A DNA stretch of 64,000 nucleotides from Mytilus trossulus (lineage: Eukaryota), in NCBI RefSeq assembly GCF_036588685.1, contig NC_086373.1, positions 25,978,001 through 26,042,000 on the forward strand. Direction: 5' to 3'. Both the position numbers and the translations under genes were made by a program. This document shows positions 15,001 through 25,110 of the stretch, piece by piece. Each line of letters opens with the position of its first letter. The stretch's first letter is position 1. Below the pieces are notes generated by a model that did no database searches, was not told where the DNA came from, and saw only the letters and a list, made by a program, of their open reading frames with translations.

Positions 15001-15650
15001 AAAGTTTCTTGGGATATGAGACATTGAGTAGCGGCATAATAAGTTAAATTCAGATTTTGAGTTTATTTTTTTAGTTCTTAGTTTACACAACTTGGCTCCT
15101 TGTAGGAAAAGATGGTTTCTCTCCTGATATGGAGACTTTATAACTGAAGGTGTAAAGTCAGCTAAGCGTTTTAATTACGTTTTTTTGTAAAAGGAATTTT
15201 AAGCTTCTCAATGATCAAAATTTGTGTTTGTCAAACTGCTATATAACTAGTGTAATTTTTCTGACAAAACAGTTGGTTCAAAATATTTGAAATTTTTATA
15301 TTTTTGTTAAAGGGTCAAAGAAAGTACTTTGACAAAATTTTATGAAAATTAAACAAGCCAAATTAGTTTCAGTGCAAGTGTTGGGTACCACTTTAATTCC
15401 ATTTTAAAAATGCATTTGACTATTTTCACCAAATACTTGATCAAACTTTGTGGTGATCGAAACATATTGTATAGAAATCTTGTATATATTTTGTTATTCT
15501 ATTTTACAGGAAATTGATGGCCAAGCTTTACTTTTGTTGACTCTGCCTACAGTACAAGAATACTTAGAACTCAAATTAGGTCCTGCCATTAAACTTTGCC
15601 ATCATATAGAACAGATTAAACTAGCATTCTTTCAGCAATATGCTAAATGA
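3060..15650 (+). CDS. SFMBT1: Scm-like with four MBT domains protein (SFMBT family), multi-exon, 5' part outside the window
   Basis: Phase-consistent AG/GT exons: 3060-3300, 4253-4341, 4625-4865, 5290-5387, 6325-6580, 7743-7825, 8139-8398, 8602-8642, 9576-9813, 12217-12392, 13119-13507, 14289-14462, 15510-15650 (TGA). Four MBT cores (GMKLEV..IHPIGWC, GMRLEL..LHPIGWA, GWKLEA..IFPMKWC, GMKFEA..LFPVGWC), SLED ([37 protein letters not shown]) and SAM ([26 protein letters not shown]). SFMBT1 versus SFMBT2 cannot be resolved. Confidence 0.93.
3416..3610 (-). repeat. Short interspersed repeat, AGATGTGGT(A/G)TGA..GCCAATGAGACAA family
   Basis: Related sequence recurs at ~6075-6210 (+), ~11692-11790 (+), ~20021-20220 (+) and ~52256-52810 (-). 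Confidence 0.7.
5540..5824 (+). mobile_element. Non-autonomous Helentron-associated/pearl-like element, family A
   Basis: Starts TTTTATGCCCC with a hairpin, then a degenerate GTYY microsatellite and a core repeat; ends GGGGCATCC...CACATTCTTGTTTT. Homologous to 9896-11219, 19600-19886, 61157-62045 and 63813-64000. Confidence 0.75.
9896..11219 (+). mobile_element. Family A Helentron-associated-like element interrupted by a hAT MITE
   Basis: Same termini as 5540-5824; the two halves rejoin across the duplicated GTTCTGAC. Confidence 0.75.
10125..11131. mobile_element. hAT-type MITE (~1 kb)
   Basis: TIRs CAGGGCTTCCAAAA / TTTTGGAAGCCCTG with a perfect 8-bp TSD GTTCTGAC (10117-10124, 11132-11139). 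Second copy at 59511-60488. Confidence 0.9.
11264..11474. mobile_element. Small MITE-like element with imperfect ~30-bp inverted ends
   Basis: GTAGACCTAGGTTAAGGGAAATAACTCT versus AGAGTTATCTCCCTGGACCAAGGTCTAC. Confidence 0.55.
13548..13755. mobile_element. TA-flanked MITE (~210 bp)
   Basis: TA|CTGTGGATTCATT ... AATGAATCCACAG|TA. A degenerate relative lies at ~63090-63300. Confidence 0.8.
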
Positions 15651-16277
15651 TTGTTGGAATGAGATTTTGATTTTTGATTTTTTGTATACTAACATATGAT
15701 GGTTTTGATATTATTGAAGCTATTGGGAATTTTGTGGGTCTTTATATTGTTAAATGAGTTATTAAACTAAGGCAGAAATCTAAAGTTTGCATGATGAAAT
15801 GATGTCATTTTAGAGGGAAGCCACACTCTGAAACAGTGCAATTTCAACAGTTATAAATGCACAAAAAGTTTCTGTAATTAATCTACATTTTCTTTTAATT
15901 ACTCATCATAACTCAATCTGTCAAAGAATTTAACTTTGTATTTTTTCTCAAATACAGGATAAATATTTTGTCTGTCATTTCTGTTAACCAAGTCATATCT
16001 TCAACATTTGTGATACCTTTTTGACTAATGACACAGGCCTTATATAATTGCATTTGCTATTTTCTAAAATTTTTGTTCTGGTCTTCCTAAATGATAATTT
16101 TTCATCTAGCTCTTGCTACTGAAGAGTGATGAGATTTTCTCAGTTGTGTATAGAGAAAAAAAACAAGAAAATAAATAACCCTTAATCAAATATGAAATGT
16201 TTACTGACAGTAGTACAATATTGTTTTTAGAACTCTGTGATAAATTTCTATTGCTATTTTGCATAGACTGCATGTTG

Positions 16278-17680
16278 TTAGCTCACCTGGCCCAAAGGGC
16301 CAAGTGAGCTTATGCCATCACTTGGCGTCCGTCGTCGTCTGTCGTCGTCTGTCGTCGTCCGTCGTCGTCTGTCGTCGTAAACTATTTCAAGAATCTTCTC
16401 CTCTGAAACTACTGGGCCAAATACTTCCAAACTTTAAATAAATGTTCCTTAGGGTATCAAGTTTATAAATTGTATCCGAAGTTTTGATCTATCAACAAAC
16501 ATGGTCGCCATTGCTAAAAATAGAACATAGGGGTCAAATGCAGTTTTTGGCTTATAACTCAAAAACCAAAGCATTTAGAGTAAAACTGACATGGGGTAAT
16601 ATTGTTTATCAGGTCAAGATCTATCTGCCCTGAAATTTTCAGATGAATCAGACAACCCATTGTTGGGTTGCTGCCCCTGAATTGGTAATTTTAAGGAAAT
16701 TTTGCTGTTTTTGGTTATTATCTTGAATATTATTATAGATAGAGATAAACTGTAAACAGCAATAATGTTCAGCAAAGTAAGATCTACAAATAAGTCAACA
16801 TGACCGAAATAGTCAGTTGACCCCTTTAGGAGTTATTGCCCATTATAGTCAATGTTTAACCATTTTTTCGTAAATCTTGGTAATCTTTTACAAAAATCTT
16901 CTCCTCTAAAACTACTGGGCCAAATACTTCCAAACTTTAACTGAATGTTCCTTAGGGTATCTAGTTTGTTAATTGTATCCGAAGTTTTGATCTATCAACA
17001 AACACAGTCTCCATTGCTAAAAATAGAACATAGGGGTCAAATGCAGTTTTTGGCTTATAACTCAAAAACCAAAGCATTTAGAGCAAATCGGACATGGGGT
17101 AATATTGTTTATCAGGTCAAGATCTATCTGCCCTGAAAGTTTTAGATGAATCAGACAACCTGTTGTTGGGTTGCTGCCCCTGAATTGATAATTTTAAGAA
17201 AATTTTGCTGTTTTTGTTTATTATCTTGAATATTATTATAGATAGAGATAAACTGTAAACAGCAATAATGTTCAGCAAAGTAAGATCTACAAATAAGTCA
17301 ATTTGACCAAAATTGTCAATTGACCCCTTAAGGAGTTATTGCCCTTTAAAGACTTTTTTCACAATTTGCTCATCATGTTGACTTACTTTAAAAAATCTTC
17401 TCCTTTGAAACTGCTGTATCAATTTCAGCCAAACTTAGGCTAAATGAGTTTCAGAGTATCTAGTATAAATTTTATATTTTATTTCCTTGTATGTCAAGAA
17501 ACATAGCTCCTATGGCTAAAATAGAACATAGGAGAAAATGATTTTTTTTTTTTGGCTTTTGAAGAAAATAGGACGATCCAAAGAACATTTAAATAAATTG
17601 AAAAGCCAAAATAATCATTGATGAGAGATTTAACCAAAAGAATTAAGGTGAGCGATTCAGGCTCTTGAGAGCCTCTTGTT
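16278..17680 (+). mobile_element. Helentron-associated interspersed element (HINE/pearl-like) with an internal ~500-bp tandem duplication
   Basis: 5' TTAGCTCACCT plus hairpin TGGCCCAAAGGGCCA, (GTC)n microsatellite, repeated blocks starting ~16392 and ~16896, 3' AGGTGAGC inverted repeat and terminal palindrome AGGCTCTTGAGAGCCT, T-rich flank. Confidence 0.82.
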
Positions 17681-19599
17681 TTATAAAGTTATTGTTTGAG
17701 CATTGTTTATTTTTGTTTAAGATAATCTACTATGTAAAAATTGAGATTTTATTTTAAATAAACAACTTGAATCTTTAATTAAATGGTTGTTGCTAAAATG
17801 TTGATACCTGTTGTACATATACTAGAATTGTATTGATTTTCTGTAGGTGTTAAAATATTGAATGCATTTACATAAAAAACCTTGTATAAATTATATTTAC
17901 ACATGCCTTTGAATGAAGTTTTGATAAGTTAATAGACAAATTATCTACATAACATTTTGAAATGAAATAAAATTAGCAACAATCAGAAATATCACCAACT
18001 GCACAGCAATACTATTATCTTTAGATGTTATTTTCTTGACTTATGCTCCAAATATTTATATACTCATTATACAGTTTAGTCAATTACCAGTATCTTTAAT
18101 CAATTTTGACTTTGCACCTTAGTTATTATAAAAACAATCTTAATCAATGAATTTGCCAAATTAAGGTTTTTAGAAGATTTTTTTAGCTTCATATACATGG
18201 AATGTTTAGGTGATAAACAATATGTAAAAATTGCTCAGTTAATATTGTGTTTGAAGATTCCTGCTGTTTTGTTTATTCAGCCAAATTCTGCTGGTGGTAT
18301 GTTGGGTACAAAATGATTGTCACATTCACAATTTCTAATTTCCTATTTAAGTTTATTTAAATCTGTAATGTGAATAATTTTCTATTTGATCAAGATTTCC
18401 ATGCAGTCATGTAATTTGAGTTGAGACTATTTTGTGTGTAAGTGCATGCATGAATGTGGGTATTTTTTTTTTTTATATTGAATGCATTTAAAACATGTTT
18501 TATTAGAATGTGATATATTTGTATATTACCTTGTGTATATGTATATTTTAAGAACATGAAATAATGTGTTCAAAAGTGCTAGGAATTATGTATGCAATAG
18601 TACTAGGCAGCAGCCAGTGAGAATTCCCTTCAGAAGTATTTACTGAAATACATATGTGTTAAAATGAGATTCGAGTAGGTTAATAATTAGATGAATTTAG
18701 TTATTAAGATGTAATATCTTAACAGTAAAAATTTCACATGATTGTGCCCCCTGACTTTGAATCTCAATGCTATAATGTAATATCTGTAATTTATCCACAT
18801 TTACATACAAATGTCTTTCAAATGGTCACAATAAGATCAAATAATGAATAAATCAATGAAATAACAATTTCCTATATTTTTTTCTTTCGTGTTACCCCAG
18901 CTTAATGTAATTTGTGTATTAGAAAGCCTTAATAGTGATATGCTAAACAGTGATATGCTCACTCCAAAATTATTTCATCACCTTGTCAGTCTGTCCATCT
19001 GTAGCTTCCAAACATGCTTTCTGAATTAGATCTTGCTGATGCTTCATACACATAAAACTTACATTAAAGGAAGATATAGGAAAGGAGAAGAACCTCATCT
19101 TTTTGGAGTTTAAAGTTCAAGGTCACTGTTACATTAAAATTCATTAAGTTATATTCTTGTTGAAGATGTCTGCATCCAATTATATAATATGGAATTTCAT
19201 CCTAGTGCATACCATTTAATATAACTTGAAAGCAGATATCCTTCTTGAACATGAAGATGGTGGTTACCCTTTGTTTGTTACTTATACCTTGCATACTAGG
19301 AAACAGTAGACTACACTGAACAGTTTGTTCATTTGACCTTTACCTCATTTTTCATGGATTATTGGTAAGGCCAAGTATGCCTGATGCCTGATTGTAGTAA
19401 AACTGTCATATAACAGAGAATGATGATAAAATATGATTGAGTAAAGAAGGAGACTCATGACAGTGTGTGCACTCCTGTTAATAAATATTTTTGGCTTTTC
19501 CAGGAACATGGTTTTCATCCTCTGGCTTCTGTTTTTTCTTTGTCTACAAAATGTGGTTGGTGTATTTTAAGAAAATAGTTTTCAGTTGCATTTCCACTG

Positions 19600-19886
19600 T
19601 TTTATGTCCAATTTATGGGCATTATGTTTTCAGTCTGTGCCTTCTTTAATTCATTCGTTCGTCCGCCCTTCTGTCTGTGCCGATCCGGGTTACAGTATTT
19701 GGTCAAGGTAGTTTTTGATGAAGTTGAAGTCCAAGCGATTTGAAACTTAGTATACATGTTGCTTGTGATATAATCTTTCTAGCTTTAATGCTAAATTGTT
19801 TTGACCCTGATTTCACCGTCCACTGAACATAGAAAAAATAATAGTGTGAGTGGGCATCCATACACTATGGACACATTCTTGTTTTT
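19600..19886 (+). mobile_element. Family A Helentron-associated-like element
   Basis: Homologous to 5540-5824 (GGTAGTTTTTGATGAAGTTGAAGTCCAA core, GACACATTCTTGTTTT end). Confidence 0.72.
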
Positions 19887-20355
19887 TAAGTTTTATGTCT
19901 CAAATATGAAGAATGGGAAAACGTTACACTGTTATCAAATTTGGGTTATAAATATAAAGACAATTCAGTAATTTGATCCAGCTTAAAAAGTTTAAAAAAA
20001 ATAAATATGTCTGAATCTATAAAAAATAAGATGTGGTATGATTGCTAATGAGAAATCACCCCAATAGAAACCAAATGACATATAATTATACAGCTATATT
20101 TCAATTAAAGATTTCAGCCATGTGCAAAAAAAAACCAAACACACTACATAGTCAGCTGTAAAAGGCCCCAAAATGATAAATGTAAAACAATTCAAACGAG
20201 AAAAACTAACGGCCTAATTTAGGGTAAGAACAATGACTGGAAAACGTTTATGATATACAGTTAAAGCAACAGGAGCATATACAATCATTGGTGAAACTAG
20301 TTTGTGGGCACTCAACCCTTCCCGTGTTGTTACAGCCCAATATAAGAAAAAGCTA

Positions 20356-22308
20356 TAACCAGATGCTCCGCAGGGCGTAGCTTTATACGACCGCAGAGGT
20401 TGAACCCTGAACGGTTGGGGCAAGTATGGACACAACATTCAAGCTGGATTCAGCTCTAAATTTGGATTGTGATTAAATAGTTGACACAGCATAGGTTTCT
20501 GACACAGAATGAATGTGTTCTAATGAAATTAAAATTTTTGTTTTCTCTTAGAGCAATTCACTATGCTGTTGAATATTATTCCTCTCAAAAAAATGTTTGA
20601 AGAAATTTTCTTTTTATTTATGAAATTTCAAATGAGAAAATTGAACCCAATTTTTTAATCACATCCCCCTTTCCCTTATTTCAAAACTTATCTCAATTAA
20701 AATTTCTAATGGAGTTTGCAACAGTTACTACTCATTTAAATACATCATAAAATGTTAAGATGTAAAAAAAAACTGCTTGTTATCACTGAATGGTAAAGAT
20801 TATTTTAATTTATCAGTTGGTAGTAAAAAGTGAATGTATATATAACAAAGATTTAAGTTGATTCTGGACAAAGAAAGATAACTCCAAATAAAAAAATTAT
20901 TACAATTAGATATTTCTTGCTTACTTTTCTGGACAAAGAAAGATAACTCTAATTAAAAACAAAATTGCTATTTCACAATATTTTGCAATAAGATATTTCT
21001 TGCCATTGTGCAATACTGTGCAATTGAAAAGAAAAAGACTTGCTATTGCACAAAACTTAATATAATTTTAGATCCTGATTTGGACCAACTTGAAAACTGG
21101 GCCCATAATCAAAAATCTAAGTACATGTTTGGATTCAGCATATCAAAGAACCCCAAGATTTCAATTTTTGTTAAAATCAAACTAAGTTTAATTTTGGACC
21201 CTTTGGACTTTAATGTAGACCAATTTGAAAATAAGACCAAAAATGAGGAATCTACATACACAGTTAGATTTGGCATATCAAAGAACCCCATTTATTCAAT
21301 TTTTGATGAAATCAAACAAAGTTTAATTTTGGACCCCGATTTGGACCAACTTGAAAACTGGGCCGATAATCAAGAATCTAAGTACATTTTTAGATTCAGC
21401 ATATCAAAGAACCCAACCGATTAATTTTTTGTCAAAATCAAACGAAGTTTAATTTTGGACCCTTTGGACCTTAATGTAGACCAATTTGAAAACGGGACCA
21501 AAAGTTAAAAATCTACATACACAGTTAGATTCGGCATATCAAAGAACCCCAATTATTCAATTTTGATGAAATCAAACAAAGTTTAATTTTGGACCCTTTG
21601 GGCCCCTTATTCCTAAACTGTTGGGACCAAAACTCCCAAAATCATTACCAACCTTCCTTTTATGGTCATAAACCTTGTGTTCAAATTTCATATATTTCTA
21701 TTTACTTATACTAAAGTTATGGTGCGAAAACCAAGAAAAATGCTTATTTGGGTCCCTTTTTGGCCCCTAATTCCTAAACTGTTGGGACCTCAACTCCCAA
21801 AATCAATACCAACCTTCCTTTTGTGGTCATAAACATTGTGTTTAAATTTCATTATTTTCTATTTACTTAAACTAAAGTTATTGTGCGAAAACCAAGAATA
21901 ATGCTTATTTGGGCCCTTTTTTGGCCCCTAATTCCTACACTGTTGAAACCAAAACTCCCAAAATCAATCCCAACCTTTCTTTTGTGGTCATAAACCTTGT
22001 GTCAAAATTTCATAGATTTCTATTAACTTAAACTAAAGTTATAGTGCGAAAACCAAGAAAATGCTTATTTGGGCCCTTTTTGGCCCCTAATTCCTAAAAT
22101 GTTGGGACCAAAACTCCCAAAATTCATACCAACCTTCCTTTTGTGGTCATAAACCTTGTGATAAAATTTTATAGATTTATATTCACTTTTACTAAAGTTA
22201 GAGTGCGAAAACTAATAGTATTCGGACGACGACGACGACGACGACGACGCCAACGTGATAGCAATATACGACGAAATTTTTTTCAAAATTTGCGGTCGTA
22301 TAAAAAAA
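20356..22308 (-). mobile_element. HINE/pearl-like element (family B) with internal tandem repeats
   Basis: Inverted repeat TATACGACCGCA (20384-20395) / TGCGGTCGTATA (22291-22302), (GAC)n at ~22225-22249, internal ~270-bp repeats (21065-21600) and ~165-170-bp repeats (21600-22210). Confidence 0.8.
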
Positions 22309-22379
22309 TCAATTGAAAAGGGAAGATCGATACAAAGCAGAAAAACATCCAATAAAAAAACCCAGATCGGTTGTGGCAT

Positions 22380-22910
22380 GGTATTTATATACACACCTAC
22401 AACAAAATAAGTTACTGCCCGGCACCGGGTGACACAAACATTCAAATATATGGAACTTAACAACTGGAACTTTAAAAACCCAAACTTCTGTTGGAGCAGT
22501 GTCAGAGATCATAAAAGATATGATAGCAAAGGGATAATAAAATCCTGGATACTTACAGGAAGTTTTACCAACCGATTTGACGAAACAAAATCTGCAAATG
22601 CAGATTGTGCATGGTAGGACCTGAGGATTATAAACACTTCCTAGTCAAGTGTGAAAGTCTTAATTGTGTGAGAAAAATTCATCACAATAGACTAAAATCC
22701 CTACTAGAGGATAATCATATCCCTTATTGCAGTATAATTAATTCTGATGAGGATCTTTTCGAATTCTTGGTTGACTGTTCTAGGAACAACCTTATAACTG
22801 TGTCTCAGCAGAGAGACTTAGAACGAATCTGGACTGGATCTATGCATTGCATGTTAAAAGAGCCCAACTTTTGGAAACAAACTGAACAATCAGTTAAGTT
22901 CTGTGCTTAA
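22380..22910 (+). mobile_element. Degenerate 3' fragment of a non-LTR retrotransposon ORF (C-terminal CCHC knuckle)
   Basis: C..CMVGPEDYKHFLVKC resembles the C-terminal zinc knuckle of LINE ORF2; broken frames. Confidence 0.5.
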
Positions 22911-23456
22911 CTTGCAAGTGGCTGTCAATCGTGGGAATGTAACATAAGTTATTACAAGTATCATACTACCGGAGCGGGGATCGATCAAGGAACCTTAATA
23001 TTAGTAGTCCGATTCAAAAACCATGCACTACACCACGGCTCTGAAACACGAATAATCTTAAAATGATCTTAGTTTAAAGGTGACTACCCTTGCAGATATC
23101 ACGCCATCAAATTAATTTTGAAACAATTGAAATGGGGAAAGTAACATTTCTGTCCTTTTTTACACGAGAAAGGATTAATGGAGACCACTCACCCCATTCA
23201 AACAAGACTTGGGTAAGGCTTGAATTTTAATATTTTTTTAATTTCAATTTTTAATCTAAAACCTTTTTTACATTATAACACTGAGGAGGTATAACTAACA
23301 TAATATACGTCCTCGATTACAACCCAGCCTCGGAAATTTAAGTAAATAGTTGACTTTCAAACAGTTAATATCCCTAATGCGCCTCAAATACTATTTATAA
23401 ACAATACGTCATCCATTTTCCAATCTTCTTTGTTTCAACAAGGATTTGTATAGTTG

Positions 23457-24128
23457 TCTAGCAAAGTATTCGGTAAAGTTGCAATTAAAAAAGTCCTCAA
23501 AACCTCTACTGAGTTTGAAGCTTTCCTCAGCCTCAAACACGAAAACATTGTCGAAGCCATTGAAATCATCGAAGCCGAAGAATTTGCCTTCGTTTTGATG
23601 GAATTCGCTGAATTCGGAGATGTTTTTGAATACATAATGAAAAACGGCCTCATGTCCGTTGAAGCCACCCTCTCTGTCTTCTCTCAAGTTGTCAAAGCAG
23701 TCGAATACTGCCACTCAAATGGAATCGCCCACAATGACATTAAATTAGAAAACGTCTTGTTATCTAATGGATGTGTCAAACTGGCTGATTTTGGATTTGC
23801 CAAATCAACCGTTATTGTTGCCGAATCTGAAGAATTTTGTGGAACCCTCCCATACGCTGCCCCCGAAGTCATTATGGGAATGGAACACAATACCATGAAA
23901 GCCGACATGTGGAGTATGGGAGTTATGCTTTACGTCATGCTCTTCGGAGCTTTCCCATTCTCCGATAGTGACGCAACCTCTATGGTCAAAGCTCAAATCT
24001 CAAACACCCTCTCTTTCCCCGAAAACACTAGCGACATCGTAAAATCCCTCGTCTCCTCCATGCTTGAACCCTCTGTTGAAAAACGTGCTGATGCCATCTC
24101 AGTCCGTCTTGCCTTGGGTCAGTTTTAA
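23457..24128 (+). pseudogene. TSSK-like kinase unit 1, 5'-truncated (no promoter, no ATG, first 22 codons missing)
   Basis: Homology starts at TCTAGC (codon 23); the ORF track start at 23454 is a TTG; carries E25K. Confidence 0.85.
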
Positions 24129-24355
24129 ATACCCAAGCATCCTTGAAATCGCAACAGGCTCCGTTATAGGATCTTGTTGTGATTTCAAGGATGTTTTTTT
24201 TTTGTCCATTCGATTGTTACGGTAAACCATGTATATATAACACTTGGGCATACCTTTATCCGATACAATATACGGTTACGGTAAACCTACGTGTTATCAA
24301 TCAATTTTACATTCTCATCTTCTTTGTTTCAACAAACTCATTCTATTTTCATTTT

Positions 24356-24361
24356 AATAAA
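24356..24361 (+). terminator. Polyadenylation signal AATAAA of the kinase unit (repeated in all 16 units)
   Basis: AATAAA ~228 nt after the stop codon, followed ~25 nt later by GT-rich TTGTTTGTTTTC. Confidence 0.7.
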
Positions 24362-24589
24362 CTTACTGTGACGTGAGTTAAGCATTGTTTGTTTTCTGAA
24401 AAACCTTGAATGGCTGCAGAGAAACAGAAAATTAGAACGCTCAAGTTACGACATAGTCTATTTATTAATTGTTATTCAAGTTTACCACTTGACCGCACAA
24501 TCCCGTAGCAAAGCAAGCTGTTTTCATAGGTTTGGGAAGAAAACAAGTTGACTCTAACAATCCTCTTACTTTCTTTGTATTGAGATTCG

Positions 24590-25110
24590 GGTTTGTAACC
24601 GATTCCATGTGGTTACGGTAAACAAGAATTTATGGTCAGTCCATAGTTATATATTTTGTTGAATCATGTTCTAATCCCAATAACTTAAATATATTAAAAG
24701 CACATAGAAAATGATTTCATCGGTTTACACTTAGCTTGCTGTGGTAAACATTGCATACGAGGATACGGTAAACTGAACTGTATAATAACTTGTTCGGTTA
24801 CGGTAAACCTTTATCGTATAAGTTTATGGTTACGGTAAACATGACAGTTAAAGGCAACACGGTAAACTTATAAGATAAATGCCCTTGTACAACCAATTAC
24901 TTTGTTTACCGTTTGCAAGAGTAGTTACCATTAATGAAAAGGGGAGATTGTTCAATAATGTACTGTTTCATTGTGTAAGAAAGCATTTATTTGAACTTTC
25001 CACCCTTCAGCATCAATCATTGGAACAGTCCGTAGCAGCCATATCTCTATATAAGGCGTGAATTTCAGTATTTTGATACCTTTATTACACTAAATCCACG
25101 CCAATTTAAA
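24590..25110 (+). promoter_or_regulatory. Kinase unit promoter: clustered (GGTT)ACGGTAAAC motifs and a TATA box (repeated before units 2-16)
   Basis: TATATAA at 25048-25054, 63 nt before the ATG; reverse CCAAT (ATTGG) ~25018; AAAATGG start context; multiple GTAAAC-core motifs at 24611-24912. Confidence 0.7.

Noticed and set aside
21008-21424. 138-aa ORF with an internal repeat
   Set aside because: It is a translation of tandem repeats inside a non-autonomous element.
23454-24128. 224-aa ORF as a functional short isoform
   Set aside because: It begins at a TTG outside the homology and lacks the promoter.
24879-25061. 60-aa spacer ORF (and the 65-aa ORF at 24179) as a partner gene, e.g. an antidote
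   Set aside because: The 60-aa ORF overlaps the promoter and TATA box and has no coding-like bias. The 65-aa ORF starts at GTG and is broken by poly-T length changes in several units.
25048-25070. TATA + CAGT / ATAAG as a baculovirus-type promoter
   Set aside because: The motifs are short and generic, CAGT is closer to the TATA box than expected, and there is no viral gene context.
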